The position numbers and the translations under genes were made by a program. This document shows, in pieces, positions 44,182-52,179 of a DNA stretch of 52,660 bases; the first letter of the stretch is position 1, and every line of letters starts with the position of its first letter. The notes below the pieces were generated by a model. That model was not told the origin of the DNA and ran no database searches. It worked only from the letters and a program-made list of their open reading frames with translations. Origin of the DNA: Candidatus Ratteibacteria bacterium. GTDB taxonomy: Bacteria > CAZDME01 > JAYEMH01. The stretch lies in contig JAYEMH010000005.1 of the NCBI GenBank assembly GCA_034717985.1, forward strand, positions 1 to 52,660, written 5' to 3'.

Positions 44182-44522
44182 TCCTGTCAGGAGATAGCAA
44201 TAATGTTGTTCAGGTAGGTACGGCTTTTGATACCGCTTTGGAGGCTTTTTTAGCTAAGGATGGAAAAGGCATTTTTGAAATCACCGAATTACAGGAAGTG
44301 GCTGAAGAACATAAATCCTACATTAAAAATGTGCGTGACATCACCGGCGCCAATTAGTGATAAATTGAATCCCTCCGTTACAAAAAGCAGCCATTAAAAG
44401 TGTCAAGGTGTCAGGGTGTCAGAGGAAAGAAAGTTATGGAAAAGAGGACATTGCGAATGTATGAAATGATAAAGGGAAAAAGCATAAAGGAAAACCAATT
44501 TAAAAACCAATTTAAAAAACAT

Positions 44523-44551
44523 TTGCCAAATTACAGTTCATAGTGTATAAT
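44523..44551 (+). promoter_or_regulatory. Sigma70 promoter: TTGCCA, 17-nt spacer, TATAAT (TG immediately upstream)
   Basis: TTGCCA at 44523-44528 and TATAAT at 44546-44551, with a 17-nt spacer. It lies ~25 nt upstream of the M23 peptidase ORF. Confidence 0.65.
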
Positions 44552-44576
44552 GTGAAACATCTAGGGTTATCTCTAC

Positions 44577-45533
44577 ATGAAAGGGAATTGTTGTATGCGT
44601 TTGCCCAGGCGATTTTCAATCTATCTTATCCTGCTGGTCGGAGTTTTAGCCCTTCAGATTGGCGGTTTCTTTAAATCCGAGACAGATAATTCTATCGCCA
44701 ATCCTTTAGCCGCTGAAGAACAAGTCCGGTCCGAAGAAGTTTTACCGGAAAGTTTCGCCGGTAAAGGCGGACCAAAAGAGCCGCCTCTTCAATTAAGCCT
44801 TTTTCCCTATGAAGTGCAGCCCGGAGATAATCTCTGGGAGATAGCCAGGAGAGAAAATCTTGATTTAGATACCTTGATCAGCGCCAACTGTCTTCAGCGG
44901 GCAAATTTAATTAATATCGGCGACATTCTTCATATCCCCAATCAAAAAGGAGTATTTCATAAAGTCAGAAAAGGCCAGACTATCTCGGAAATTGCTAAAG
45001 CCTATAAAACAGCCGTAGAAGAGATTCTGGCGATAAATGACATAGCGCGGCCCGACACCATAAGTGTCAATAAACAATTATTCATTCCCGGGGCTAAGCT
45101 TCTTTCTGAAGAAAAAGAATACATTTTAGGCTGGGGATTTATTAAGCCCTGCCGAGGTTGGGTTTCTTCCCGTTACGGCTGGCGGCGGGACCCTTTTACC
45201 AGACGGCGGCGTTTTCATCGCGGGATAGATTTTGCCGCCCCCAGGGGGACACCGATTTATGCGGCGCGGGACGGCAAGGTAATCTTGTCGGGCTGGTCGG
45301 GAGGATATGGAAGATTAATTGTTATTAAACATACCCGGGGTTATTCTACCCGCTATGGTCATAATTCAGTTAATCTGGTCAAAAGAGGGCAAAAGGTGAG
45401 ACAGGGCCAACTCATTGCCCGGGTTGGCAATACCGGGCGTTCTACCGGTTCCCACCTCCATTTTGAAATTCGCCGCTGGGGGCGTTCACTTAATCCAGCC
45501 CCTTTAATCAGGCGTTATGCCCGCCGGAAGTAA
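44577..45533 (+). CDS. LysM-domain M23 family metallopeptidase
   Basis: It has two LysM repeats (YEVQPGDNLWEIARRENL..., HKVRKGQTISEIAKAYK...) and the M23 motifs HRGIDFAAPRGTPIYAA and HLHFEI. Confidence 0.9.
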   Translation: MKGNCCMRLPRRFSIYLILLVGVLALQIGGFFKSETDNSIANPLAAEEQVRSEEVLPESFAGKGGPKEPPLQLSLFPYEVQPGDNLWEIARRENLDLDTLISANCLQRANLINIGDILHIPNQKGVFHKVRKGQTISEIAKAYKTAVEEILAINDIARPDTISVNKQLFIPGAKLLSEEKEYILGWGFIKPCRGWVSSRYGWRRDPFTRRRRFHRGIDFAAPRGTPIYAARDGKVILSGWSGGYGRLIVIKHTRGYSTRYGHNSVNLVKRGQKVRQGQLIARVGNTGRSTGSHLHFEIRRWGRSLNPAPLIRRYARRK

Positions 45534-45794
45534 TAAAATAACCAAGATACAAGAAACCTGCCTCGCCGGCAAGGCGGGCAATAACCAAATAATGACCAAT
45601 AACCAAATTCAAATAATCAAACAAAAATAACGAGAGGTTTTGATTTAGAAAAAAGAACTACCAATATTGATAAATCACAATAATGTCTGGTAATTGGGTA
45701 TTGAATATTGGTAATTGTTTGTATCTTGTAACTTGGTTATTGGTGATTTAATAGATATTTTTGACAGCACCCTAAATTGAGAAAGGAGGAGCAA
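45534..45794 (+). repeat. Composite intergenic repeat, copy B (fills the M23-pal spacer)
   Basis: A ~61-bp run (45533-45594) is identical to copy C (49566-49626). The right module is ~95% identical to copy A over ~72 bp and ends ~25 nt before the pal ATG. Confidence 0.85.
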
Positions 45795-46325
45795 ATGCGT
45801 AAGAATTTTTGGTGGGGAGCAGCGGCAATTCTAATTTTGGCTATGTTAGCCGGCGGTTGTGCCGGCAAGCGGCCGTTCTGGAAAAAGAAAGCAGGCGAAG
45901 GAAGGTTAGGCGCCGGATTAGCCGAGATATCCGAAGAGGCCATCCCGACGGAACTTTCGGCGCGAGGCAAGGAGTTTGTGGATACCGAATCTCTTGGTGA
46001 TGTCTATTTTGACTATGATAGATATAACATCCGGGCCGATGCCAGGAAAGAGCTGGCGAAAAATGCCAGGTGGCTTACGCGCTATGGCGGGGTAGAAATT
46101 CAGGTTGAAGGTCATTGCGATGAACGAGGCACCAGCGAATACAATATGGCTTTGGGGCAGCGCCGGGCAGCCAGCGTCCGAAATTATCTTGTTTCGCTGG
46201 GGGTTAAGCCGGAGCAGATTTACACCATTAGCTACGGCGAAGAAAAACCCTTTGCCATGGGCCGCAGCGAAGATGCCTGGGCTCAGAACCGCCGCGGGCA
46301 TTTCTTGATTAGAAGGAAAAAATAG
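45795..46325 (+). CDS. pal: Peptidoglycan-associated lipoprotein Pal (OmpA-like domain)
   Basis: It has the lipobox LAGGC and VYFDYDRYNIRADAR...GHCDERGTSEYNMALGQRRA..V..YL. The start is reassigned to ATG 45795 after a GGAGGAG RBS. Confidence 0.9.
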   Translation: MRKNFWWGAAAILILAMLAGGCAGKRPFWKKKAGEGRLGAGLAEISEEAIPTELSARGKEFVDTESLGDVYFDYDRYNIRADARKELAKNARWLTRYGGVEIQVEGHCDERGTSEYNMALGQRRAASVRNYLVSLGVKPEQIYTISYGEEKPFAMGRSEDAWAQNRRGHFLIRRKK

Positions 46326-46584
46326 ATTGTAGGGACAGCCCTTGTGGCTGTCCGAAGGTATTCCACGGAAAATCAAAAATCCGCACGTCGCATTGGATGA
46401 ATTCGCCGTTACGCCAATCATATACATGGAATATTGATTATCGATAACAATAAACGGGAGGGGGCAAGCCCCTCCCCTACAGTATCAAATATCATCGGTT
46501 CATTTAAATCAAAATGTTCCGCCGCATATTTAAATTACATAAAACAGAGCAATTTAAATACGTCTCTTATTAAACAACATAGAA

Positions 46585-47286
46585 ATGTTTAACAACGCGT
46601 TGCTAAAATACTCTTTACTGATATGTTCGGTTTTTTTATCGGGCTGCATGGCCACCTTAGGAAGTGAAGAGCTGGCCCGTCTGCAGTATGGTTTGGCTCG
46701 AGTGAACAAGCAAAATAAAGCGGCCGTGGAAAAACTTGAGAAAAAAGAAGTGGCGCTGGAGAAGAAAATAGCAGTTTTGGAGGAAGAAGTCCAGGATTTA
46801 AAGAAGGAAACCGCGGCTAACCGGGAGGCTATCGGCAAAATTGAGCCGGGAGCGCTTGCCGGAAAAGACTGGATTTTACCCCGGGAAAAGGACGGCCAGT
46901 TATTCCAGTCCGCCCATAACGATTATCTCAAAGGGCAGTATTCTTTAGCCATTATGGGTTTTCAAGAGTATCTCCGTCTTTATCCTGAAGGTTTGCGGGC
47001 GGCTGAAGCGCAGTACTGGCTGGCTGAATCCTGTTTCAGCCAGAAGGATTTCAAATCTGCCGTCGAGGAATTTGATAAATTGCTCAAGACTTATCCAAAA
47101 AGCCGCTGGTTTTCTCCGGCTCTATACAAAAAAGCGCTGTCTCTGGCCCGGGAAGAACGGCCGGCTGAAGCCCTGGTAATTACCGAGGAAATCATAGAGA
47201 GGTTTCCGGAAAGCAAAGAAAACAAATTAGCCCGGGAATTGAAGAAGGAATTAGAAAACCAGATTTCTAAAGACCCGCCCCGTTAG
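46585..47286 (+). CDS. cpoB: Tol-Pal system protein YbgF/CpoB (coiled coil plus TPR)
   Basis: It has a lipoprotein-type signal (FLSGC), an N-terminal coiled coil and C-terminal TPR-like YLKGQYSLAIMGFQEYLRLYPEGLRAAEAQYWLAESCF. The last codons and the stop lie in a solo CCCCGTTAGAG half-site. Confidence 0.8.
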   Translation: MFNNALLKYSLLICSVFLSGCMATLGSEELARLQYGLARVNKQNKAAVEKLEKKEVALEKKIAVLEEEVQDLKKETAANREAIGKIEPGALAGKDWILPREKDGQLFQSAHNDYLKGQYSLAIMGFQEYLRLYPEGLRAAEAQYWLAESCFSQKDFKSAVEEFDKLLKTYPKSRWFSPALYKKALSLAREERPAEALVITEEIIERFPESKENKLARELKKELENQISKDPPR

Positions 47287-47288
47287 AG
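47278..47288. repeat. Solo CCCCGTTAGAG half-site (T4) providing the cpoB stop codon
   Basis: It is an exact 11-mer. No matching CTCTAACGGGG is seen nearby. Confidence 0.6.
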
Positions 47289-47337
47289 AGAAAAAGGGGT
47301 GGGACTTTTGTTAGCCGGAAAAACCACCTCTAAAACG

Positions 47338-47979
47338 ATGGGTCTTTTTACTGAAGCAGTTTATTTAAAAAAAGCCTTGCTGGCTTCTTTGGCGGTTCAT
47401 CTTTTTTTTATCTGGGCGGCTTCGAGCCTCCCTTTTTTTCAGCGGCGGATTACCTACACCGTTCCCCTGTTCGTTGATATAGTAAAAATACCCCCTCCCC
47501 CCTCCAAAAAGGCGAAGAAGAAAAGCATTGTCTATAAGAAACCTAAAAAGAAAAAGCCTAAAAAAAAGACCACAAAAAAGGTTAAGAAGAAACCCAGGGA
47601 AATAACCAAGAAGGCGCCCGATAAAAAAACAAGGCCTCCGGAGAAGACGGCTAAGCCGGTTGTTCAGGGCAAGATATCGGTTGAGGGGACTAAATTTCCT
47701 TTTACCTATTACCTCACCATTATTCAGAGTAAAGTTACCGGGGGCTGGGAACCCGGAGGCGGGAAAACAGGAAAAAAAGAAGTCGTAGTTTATTTCCGCA
47801 TTTTAAAAAGCGGAGAAATAACTTATACCCGGATAGAAAAAAGTTCCGGCAGCAGACCGCTTGACCTGTCGGCTTTAAGGGCGGTTGCCCTGGCCAGTCC
47901 TTTACCGCCGCTGCCGGATGAATTTGAAGAGAGCTTTCTGGGAGTGCATTTTGGGTTCAGGCTTGAGGTGCAAGGATAA
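47338..47979 (+). CDS. TolA/TonB-family energy-transducer protein
   Basis: It has an N-terminal TM (LLASLAVHLFFIWAASSL), a Pro/Lys-rich linker (PPPPSKKAKKK...KKPKKKKPKKK) and a TonB_C-like C-terminal domain (SGEITYTRIEKSSGSRPLDLSALRAV). It sits between cpoB and tolB. Confidence 0.65.
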   Translation: MGLFTEAVYLKKALLASLAVHLFFIWAASSLPFFQRRITYTVPLFVDIVKIPPPPSKKAKKKSIVYKKPKKKKPKKKTTKKVKKKPREITKKAPDKKTRPPEKTAKPVVQGKISVEGTKFPFTYYLTIIQSKVTGGWEPGGGKTGKKEVVVYFRILKSGEITYTRIEKSSGSRPLDLSALRAVALASPLPPLPDEFEESFLGVHFGFRLEVQG

Positions 47980-47990
47980 AAAAGCAACAA

Positions 47991-48013
47991 CTATCGAAGC
48001 CCGACTTCGATAG
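47991..48013. repeat. Short hairpin repeat CTATCGAAGCCCGACTTCGATAG (perfect 9-bp stem) upstream of tolB
   Basis: This is the same element as in the gyrA and gyrB leaders. Confidence 0.7.
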
Positions 48014-48063
48014 TCTATAGTTTTGGATAGTTTTCAAAATAATTTTTGAATTGGGGGAACAGA

Positions 48064-49497
48064 ATGAAAAAGTTAGTTTTTTTATCATATAGGAAAGGAT
48101 ATCATCCCCCCTTGATTTCTCAGCCTTCTCCACAAATTTGTTTACACAAATTTAATCGTGGAGACGGGTCGGCTTCGAAATCAAAGCAGGGGGGACGGCG
48201 AAAATCGCCAAAAGGTTATCGCGAAGCGATTTTCTTGGGTTTAATTTTGGCAATACTTGCCTTTTCCATCAATCTCTGGGCGGTGGATGTCTATCTTAAT
48301 ATCGTTAAGGGCCAGGGGAGAAAAGTAAGAATCGCCGTTCCTGCCTTTATCGGGCAGAAAGGGGATTTTTCACAAATACTTTCTCAAATTGTCCAGGATG
48401 ATTTGCGCCAATCCGGATATTTTCGTTTGGTTGAGGCGTTAGAGATAATGCCGGGGAAGATGAGCCTTGGAGAAAAGTTTCAAGAATTAAAGAGCGCCGG
48501 GGCGGAAGTGATGGCGGACGGACAATTCTCTCTTAAGGGAGAAAAAATGGTTCTTAACGGCCGCCTCTATGATTTAACTAATAATCGGCAGATTACGGGG
48601 AGGGCTTATCGGGGGAAGAAAAATGATTTCCGCCAGATTGCCCACCGCTTTTCCGATGAAATTGTTTATCGCTTTACCGGGATAAAAGGCATCGCCCACA
48701 CCAAGATTGCCTTTGTTCATCAGGAAGGAAAGAACAAGGAGCTTTATCTGGTGGATTATGACGGGCATAATTTGGAGAAACTTACCTTTGATTATTCCCT
48801 GGGGCTTTTCCCGGCCTGGTCCCCGGACGGTAAAACGCTCCTCTATACCACTTTTAAAAAAGGAAACCCGGATTTGTATCTCATTGATTTTGTCAGTCGG
48901 GAGGCGCGCGGGCTTCTGACCTTTCAGGGATTAAATATGGGGGCAAAATTTTCTCCCAACGGCAAAGAAATAGTTTTGGTAATGAGTAAAGACGGCAATC
49001 CGGAACTTTATCTTTATTCGTTAAGGAAGAAAAAATTGAAGCGGTTAACCTATTATCGGGGTATTGATTCCGATCCAACCTGGTCTCCCAACGGCCGGGA
49101 AATCGCCTTTTCTTCCGATCGTTCAGGCACGCCCCAGATTTATATAATGGATAAGGAAGGCGGTAATCTTCGGCGGTTAACCTTTAAAGGAGGGTATAAT
49201 ACCTCGCCTGATTGGTCTCCCCGGGGTGATAAGATTGTTTATGCCGGAATGAAAGGCGGCAGTTTCGACATTTATACGGTTGGCGTCCACAGCCGAAAGA
49301 TAGAAAGATTGACCGATAGTTTATTCGAAGGCGGAGGCAGTGAAGACCCCTGCTGGTCGCCCGACGGCAGATATCTCGTTTACACCGTTACCCGGGGGGG
49401 GGAAAAAGAGATTTTTATTATGAGGGACGGCGGAACAAACAACAGAAAATTAGTCAGCCTCCAGGGAAACTGTTTCAGTCCGGCCTGGTCACCCTGA
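48064..49497 (+). CDS. tolB: Tol-Pal system beta-propeller protein TolB
   Basis: It has repeated ..SP.WSPDG+.I.F.S.+.G.P.IY.. blades (FPAWSPDGKTLLYT, DPTWSPNGREIAFSSDRSGTPQIYIMD, SPDWSPRGDKIVYAG, DPCWSPDGRYLVYT). The exact start is uncertain. Confidence 0.9.
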   Translation: MKKLVFLSYRKGYHPPLISQPSPQICLHKFNRGDGSASKSKQGGRRKSPKGYREAIFLGLILAILAFSINLWAVDVYLNIVKGQGRKVRIAVPAFIGQKGDFSQILSQIVQDDLRQSGYFRLVEALEIMPGKMSLGEKFQELKSAGAEVMADGQFSLKGEKMVLNGRLYDLTNNRQITGRAYRGKKNDFRQIAHRFSDEIVYRFTGIKGIAHTKIAFVHQEGKNKELYLVDYDGHNLEKLTFDYSLGLFPAWSPDGKTLLYTTFKKGNPDLYLIDFVSREARGLLTFQGLNMGAKFSPNGKEIVLVMSKDGNPELYLYSLRKKKLKRLTYYRGIDSDPTWSPNGREIAFSSDRSGTPQIYIMDKEGGNLRRLTFKGGYNTSPDWSPRGDKIVYAGMKGGSFDIYTVGVHSRKIERLTDSLFEGGGSEDPCWSPDGRYLVYTVTRGGEKEIFIMRDGGTNNRKLVSLQGNCFSPAWSP

Positions 49498-49518
49498 GAC
49501 ACCGTGTTCAAAAAATTC

Positions 49519-49547
49519 TTGCAATAGCCTATAGCTTATGTTAATAT
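49519..49547 (+). promoter_or_regulatory. Sigma70-like promoter: TTGCAA, 17-nt spacer, TAATAT
   Basis: TTGCAA at 49519-49524 and TAATAT at 49542-49547. It lies upstream of repeat copy C, so the repeat would be transcribed as the tolQ leader. Confidence 0.5.
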
Positions 49548-49565
49548 CCTATGGGTGGAGAGAAG

Positions 49566-49957
49566 ATAAAATAACCAAGATACAAGAAACCTGCCTCGCC
49601 GGCAAGGCGGGCAATAACCAAATAATAATCAATGACCCAATCACCAATGACTGAAACAATACTACATCCGTTTGATTATTGACCATTGGTGATTGCCCTC
49701 TGCAATTCGTAGAATTGCGAGGATTTAGTCCCGGAAATTCTTTGAATTTCTCGGGAGAATTTATTTGCCCTCTGGAATTTTCCCAAAAGGAAAATTCCGA
49801 GGATTTAGTCCCCGCAATCTTTCAGATTGCAGGGGATATCTTGTATCTTGATTATTGGTAATTATTTGTAACTTGTATCTTGGTGATTGGTGATTTAGGT
49901 AATTGGTGATTTAATAGATATTTTGAACAGTACCCAGTATATAAGGGGGAGGAATAA
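49566..49957 (+). repeat. Composite intergenic repeat, copy C (with a ~140-bp nested insertion of small hairpins)
   Basis: The left module is identical to copy B over ~61 bp. The right module ends GGTGATTTAATAGATATTTTGAACAGTAC, ~20 nt before the tolQ ATG. The centre (49695-49835) carries two GCCCTCTG-hairpin-GAGGATTTAGTCCC units. Confidence 0.85.
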
Positions 49958-50587
49958 ATGATTCATAACATTGCCGGCACATTTGGGTTTATCGCCAAGG
50001 GCGGAATATTAATGATTCCCATCATTCTCTGTTCGGTGCTTGCCCTGGCCATTATTATTGAACGGTTTTATTCTCTTCATCGCGCCCAGATTAATACCCA
50101 GGCGTTTATGGCCCGGATCAGAGAGGTTCTGAAGCGAAATAAGATTATGGAGGCGATTCAGGTTTGTGAAGATACTCCCGGTCCGATTGCCCAGATTCTT
50201 AAGGCCGGCATCCTTAAGTACGACCGGGGCAAAGAAGAAATTAAAGAGGCTATTGACGACGCCGGGCGGCACGAAGTTCCCCTCTTAGAAAAATATTTTA
50301 ATGTTCTTGCCACCATTATCGCCGTAGCTCCCCTCTTGGGTTTTCTGGGAACGGTTTCGGGTATGATTCGCGCTTTTATGAATATACAGGAAAAAGGCGG
50401 GGCGGTCAATCCGGGGGATTTAGCCAGCGGTATCTGGGAGGCTTTATTAACTACCGCCGCTGGTTTAAGCGTGGCCATTCCCATCCTGGTGGTTTATAAT
50501 TATCTGGTCAGCCGGGTGGACGGGTTTGTTTTAGATATGGAGAAAAGTTCGACAGATTTGGTGGAGATACTTTCGGAAGAAAAATAA
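49958..50587 (+). CDS. tolQ: MotA/TolQ/ExbB proton-channel protein
   Basis: 209 aa with three TM segments. It contains the typical ...APLLGFLGTVSGMIRAF and ALLTTAAGLSVAIPILVVYNYL. Confidence 0.85.
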   Translation: MIHNIAGTFGFIAKGGILMIPIILCSVLALAIIIERFYSLHRAQINTQAFMARIREVLKRNKIMEAIQVCEDTPGPIAQILKAGILKYDRGKEEIKEAIDDAGRHEVPLLEKYFNVLATIIAVAPLLGFLGTVSGMIRAFMNIQEKGGAVNPGDLASGIWEALLTTAAGLSVAIPILVVYNYLVSRVDGFVLDMEKSSTDLVEILSEEK

Positions 50588-50598
50588 CGGGATAAGCG

Positions 50599-51003
50599 AT
50601 GAGATTCAAACGGCGCACCAAAGTTTTAAGAGGAATAGCAACGACTACGCCGCTGGTGGACGTAGTCTTTAATCTTTTGATTTTTTTCATGCTTTCCTCC
50701 TCATTTATTGTCCATCCGGGAATAAAAATTAAATTGCCGCAGGCTTCTATAAAAGAAACCGAACGGGAGGCGAAATTAAACGTAACCATTACCCGGGACA
50801 AGCGTATTTTCCTAAACGATAAGAGAGTGCGTCTCAAAAATCTTCCCCGGGAGATGAAAGATTTTGTAAGCACAGAAAGGGAAGAAGTTCTTTTTATCAA
50901 AGCAGATTCTGACGTTCGCCATGGATTGGTAGTAGAGGTTATGGATATTGCCAAAAGAGCGGGGGTTGAACGCCTGGCCATTGCGACGCAGCCGAAAAAA
51001 TAA
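50599..51003 (+). CDS. tolR: ExbD/TolR biopolymer transport protein
   Basis: 134 aa. It has TPLVDVVFNLLIFFM (TM with the conserved Asp) followed by a periplasmic domain. Confidence 0.85.
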   Translation: MRFKRRTKVLRGIATTTPLVDVVFNLLIFFMLSSSFIVHPGIKIKLPQASIKETEREAKLNVTITRDKRIFLNDKRVRLKNLPREMKDFVSTEREEVLFIKADSDVRHGLVVEVMDIAKRAGVERLAIATQPKK

Positions 51004-51015
51004 AGGAGAAAGGCA

Positions 51016-51780
51016 TTGTTTAAAAAGCGGCTATCTTTAAAAGAGGCTATAGCGATTGCCTTTGGCATCCACGCTCTGGTTTTTGTCTTTTTTTCCATAG
51101 CTGCCGTTAAAGAATTTTATCCTGAATCCAGGTACCTTAGGGTCTCCCTTGTTTCTCCGTCGGCTATTAAATATACCGGAAGAGATTTTCCTCTGCCCAT
51201 AGAAAAGGCAGGTTTTCAATCAAACGCTCATATCCCGGCGAACTTTTTCTGCCGGGTCAGGAGGGCTTCTTTAGAGATTTCCTTAACTCATCCCCGGGGA
51301 ACAACAGGGCAAGTGAACCCCGTTAGAGAACTTCGTTCTCTAACGACCTACGCTGACGGGGGCTTTAAACTACCGTCAGCTTCAAGCGATGATGACCACC
51401 GATTAGACCCTTCCTTAACAGCAGGTATAGGAAGGTTTATCCCTGTGGGATTAAAATCGGGGGCTTTCTCTAACGGGGTGAAGTTACCCCGAAAGGGATG
51501 GCTTCGCTTACCCGGTCTGCCAGAGAGTTCTTCCGGGTTGGTTTTGCCTGTTGACGATAAAGACCTGAGGAAGGTTTTACATATTGCCACCCCCGAATAT
51601 CAGTATTGGATGCGGAAAATTGCCGTTGAGAAAGAAATCAAACTAAAGGTTCATCTTACTCCTGATGGGCGGGTAAGCTGGATAGAATTAAATACTTCTT
51701 CCGGTGATCCAGCGCTGGATGCGTTAATAAAAACAGCGGTCTCCCGGTGGCAATTTGGGACATCGTATCAGAATGATTAA
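51016..51780 (+). CDS. TonB/TolA-like protein whose linker is encoded by a TIR repeat element (TTG start)
   Basis: It has an N-terminal TM (AIAIAFGIHALVFVFFSIAAV) and a C-terminal TonB_C-like domain (VHLTPDGRVSWIELNTSSGDPALDALIKTAVSRWQF). Residues ~102-154 are translated from element T5. Confidence 0.6.
   Translation: MFKKRLSLKEAIAIAFGIHALVFVFFSIAAVKEFYPESRYLRVSLVSPSAIKYTGRDFPLPIEKAGFQSNAHIPANFFCRVRRASLEISLTHPRGTTGQVNPVRELRSLTTYADGGFKLPSASSDDDHRLDPSLTAGIGRFIPVGLKSGAFSNGVKLPRKGWLRLPGLPESSSGLVLPVDDKDLRKVLHIATPEYQYWMRKIAVEKEIKLKVHLTPDGRVSWIELNTSSGDPALDALIKTAVSRWQFGTSYQND
51318..51478. repeat. TIR element T5: CCCCGTTAGAG...CTCTAACGGGG (161 bp), inside the ORF
   Basis: It has exact 11-bp termini. 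Its left 27 bp and right 17 bp are shared with T3. Its interior contains a degenerate copy of the 45-bp DnaA-box unit seen at 37495-37540. Confidence 0.8.
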
Positions 51781-52045
51781 ACTTCCGTTTTCAGCTGCCG
51801 TTGCCCTGTATATTCTGCTTATCCTGGGGATAATATTTGCCTGCTGGATATATTCGGAGATAAAAAGAAGGCGGCGGGTTTCGTCCGACAAGAAAATCTT
51901 ATGGGAATGTCCCATCTGTGCCAGGGTTTATTGGCTGGATTCGGACAGGCAAATTTCACAATGCCCTCATTGTCAGAGTTTTAACAAAAAAGGCGATAAA
52001 GCGGGTATCAACAACAGACAACAGACCACAGACCAGAGACCATAG
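51773..52045 (+). CDS. Membrane-anchored zinc-ribbon protein
   Basis: MIKLPFSAAVALYILLILGIIFACWIY is a TM segment, followed by CPIC...17 aa...CPHC. The ATG overlaps the upstream stop (ATGATTAA). Confidence 0.5.
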   Translation: MIKLPFSAAVALYILLILGIIFACWIYSEIKRRRRVSSDKKILWECPICARVYWLDSDRQISQCPHCQSFNKKGDKAGINNRQQTTDQRP

Positions 52046-52179
52046 ACAAAGCCTGACGTCTAAAGTCTGAAGTCCAGTGTTTGAATCAGAGATTCTATAA
52101 GTGTTTTATTTTTAAGCATCTCTGCGGTCTCTGTGGTTAAGTATTTGACAAAACCGTAATTATACCAGGGAGAATAAAA

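Noticed and set aside
44184-44357. 57-codon open frame after the spermidine-synthase-like gene (LSGDSNNVVQVGTAFDTALEAFLAKDGKGIFEITELQEVAEEHKSYIKNVRDITGAN)
   Set aside because: The translation looks protein-like, but there is no ATG/GTG/TTG start or RBS, and I recognise no family. It could be a gene fragment or a frameshifted tail. I cannot support it as a feature without homology searches.
45918-46427. 169-aa minus-strand ORF covering pal, plus the plus-strand ORFs 45809-46000 and 46105-46308
   Set aside because: Pal (lipobox plus OmpA-like motif) explains the region, and the alternative frames are Arg/Gly-rich shadows.
50508-51098. 196-aa minus-strand ORF covering tolR
   Set aside because: The plus-strand tolR/exbD has the characteristic TM-with-Asp motif and tight spacing with tolQ. 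The minus ORF has no recognisable features.
52145-52170. TTGACA at 52145-52150 as a pfk promoter
   Set aside because: The only -10-like hexamer (TATACC) is 10 nt away, far from the 16-18-nt optimum. It is not reported as a promoter.
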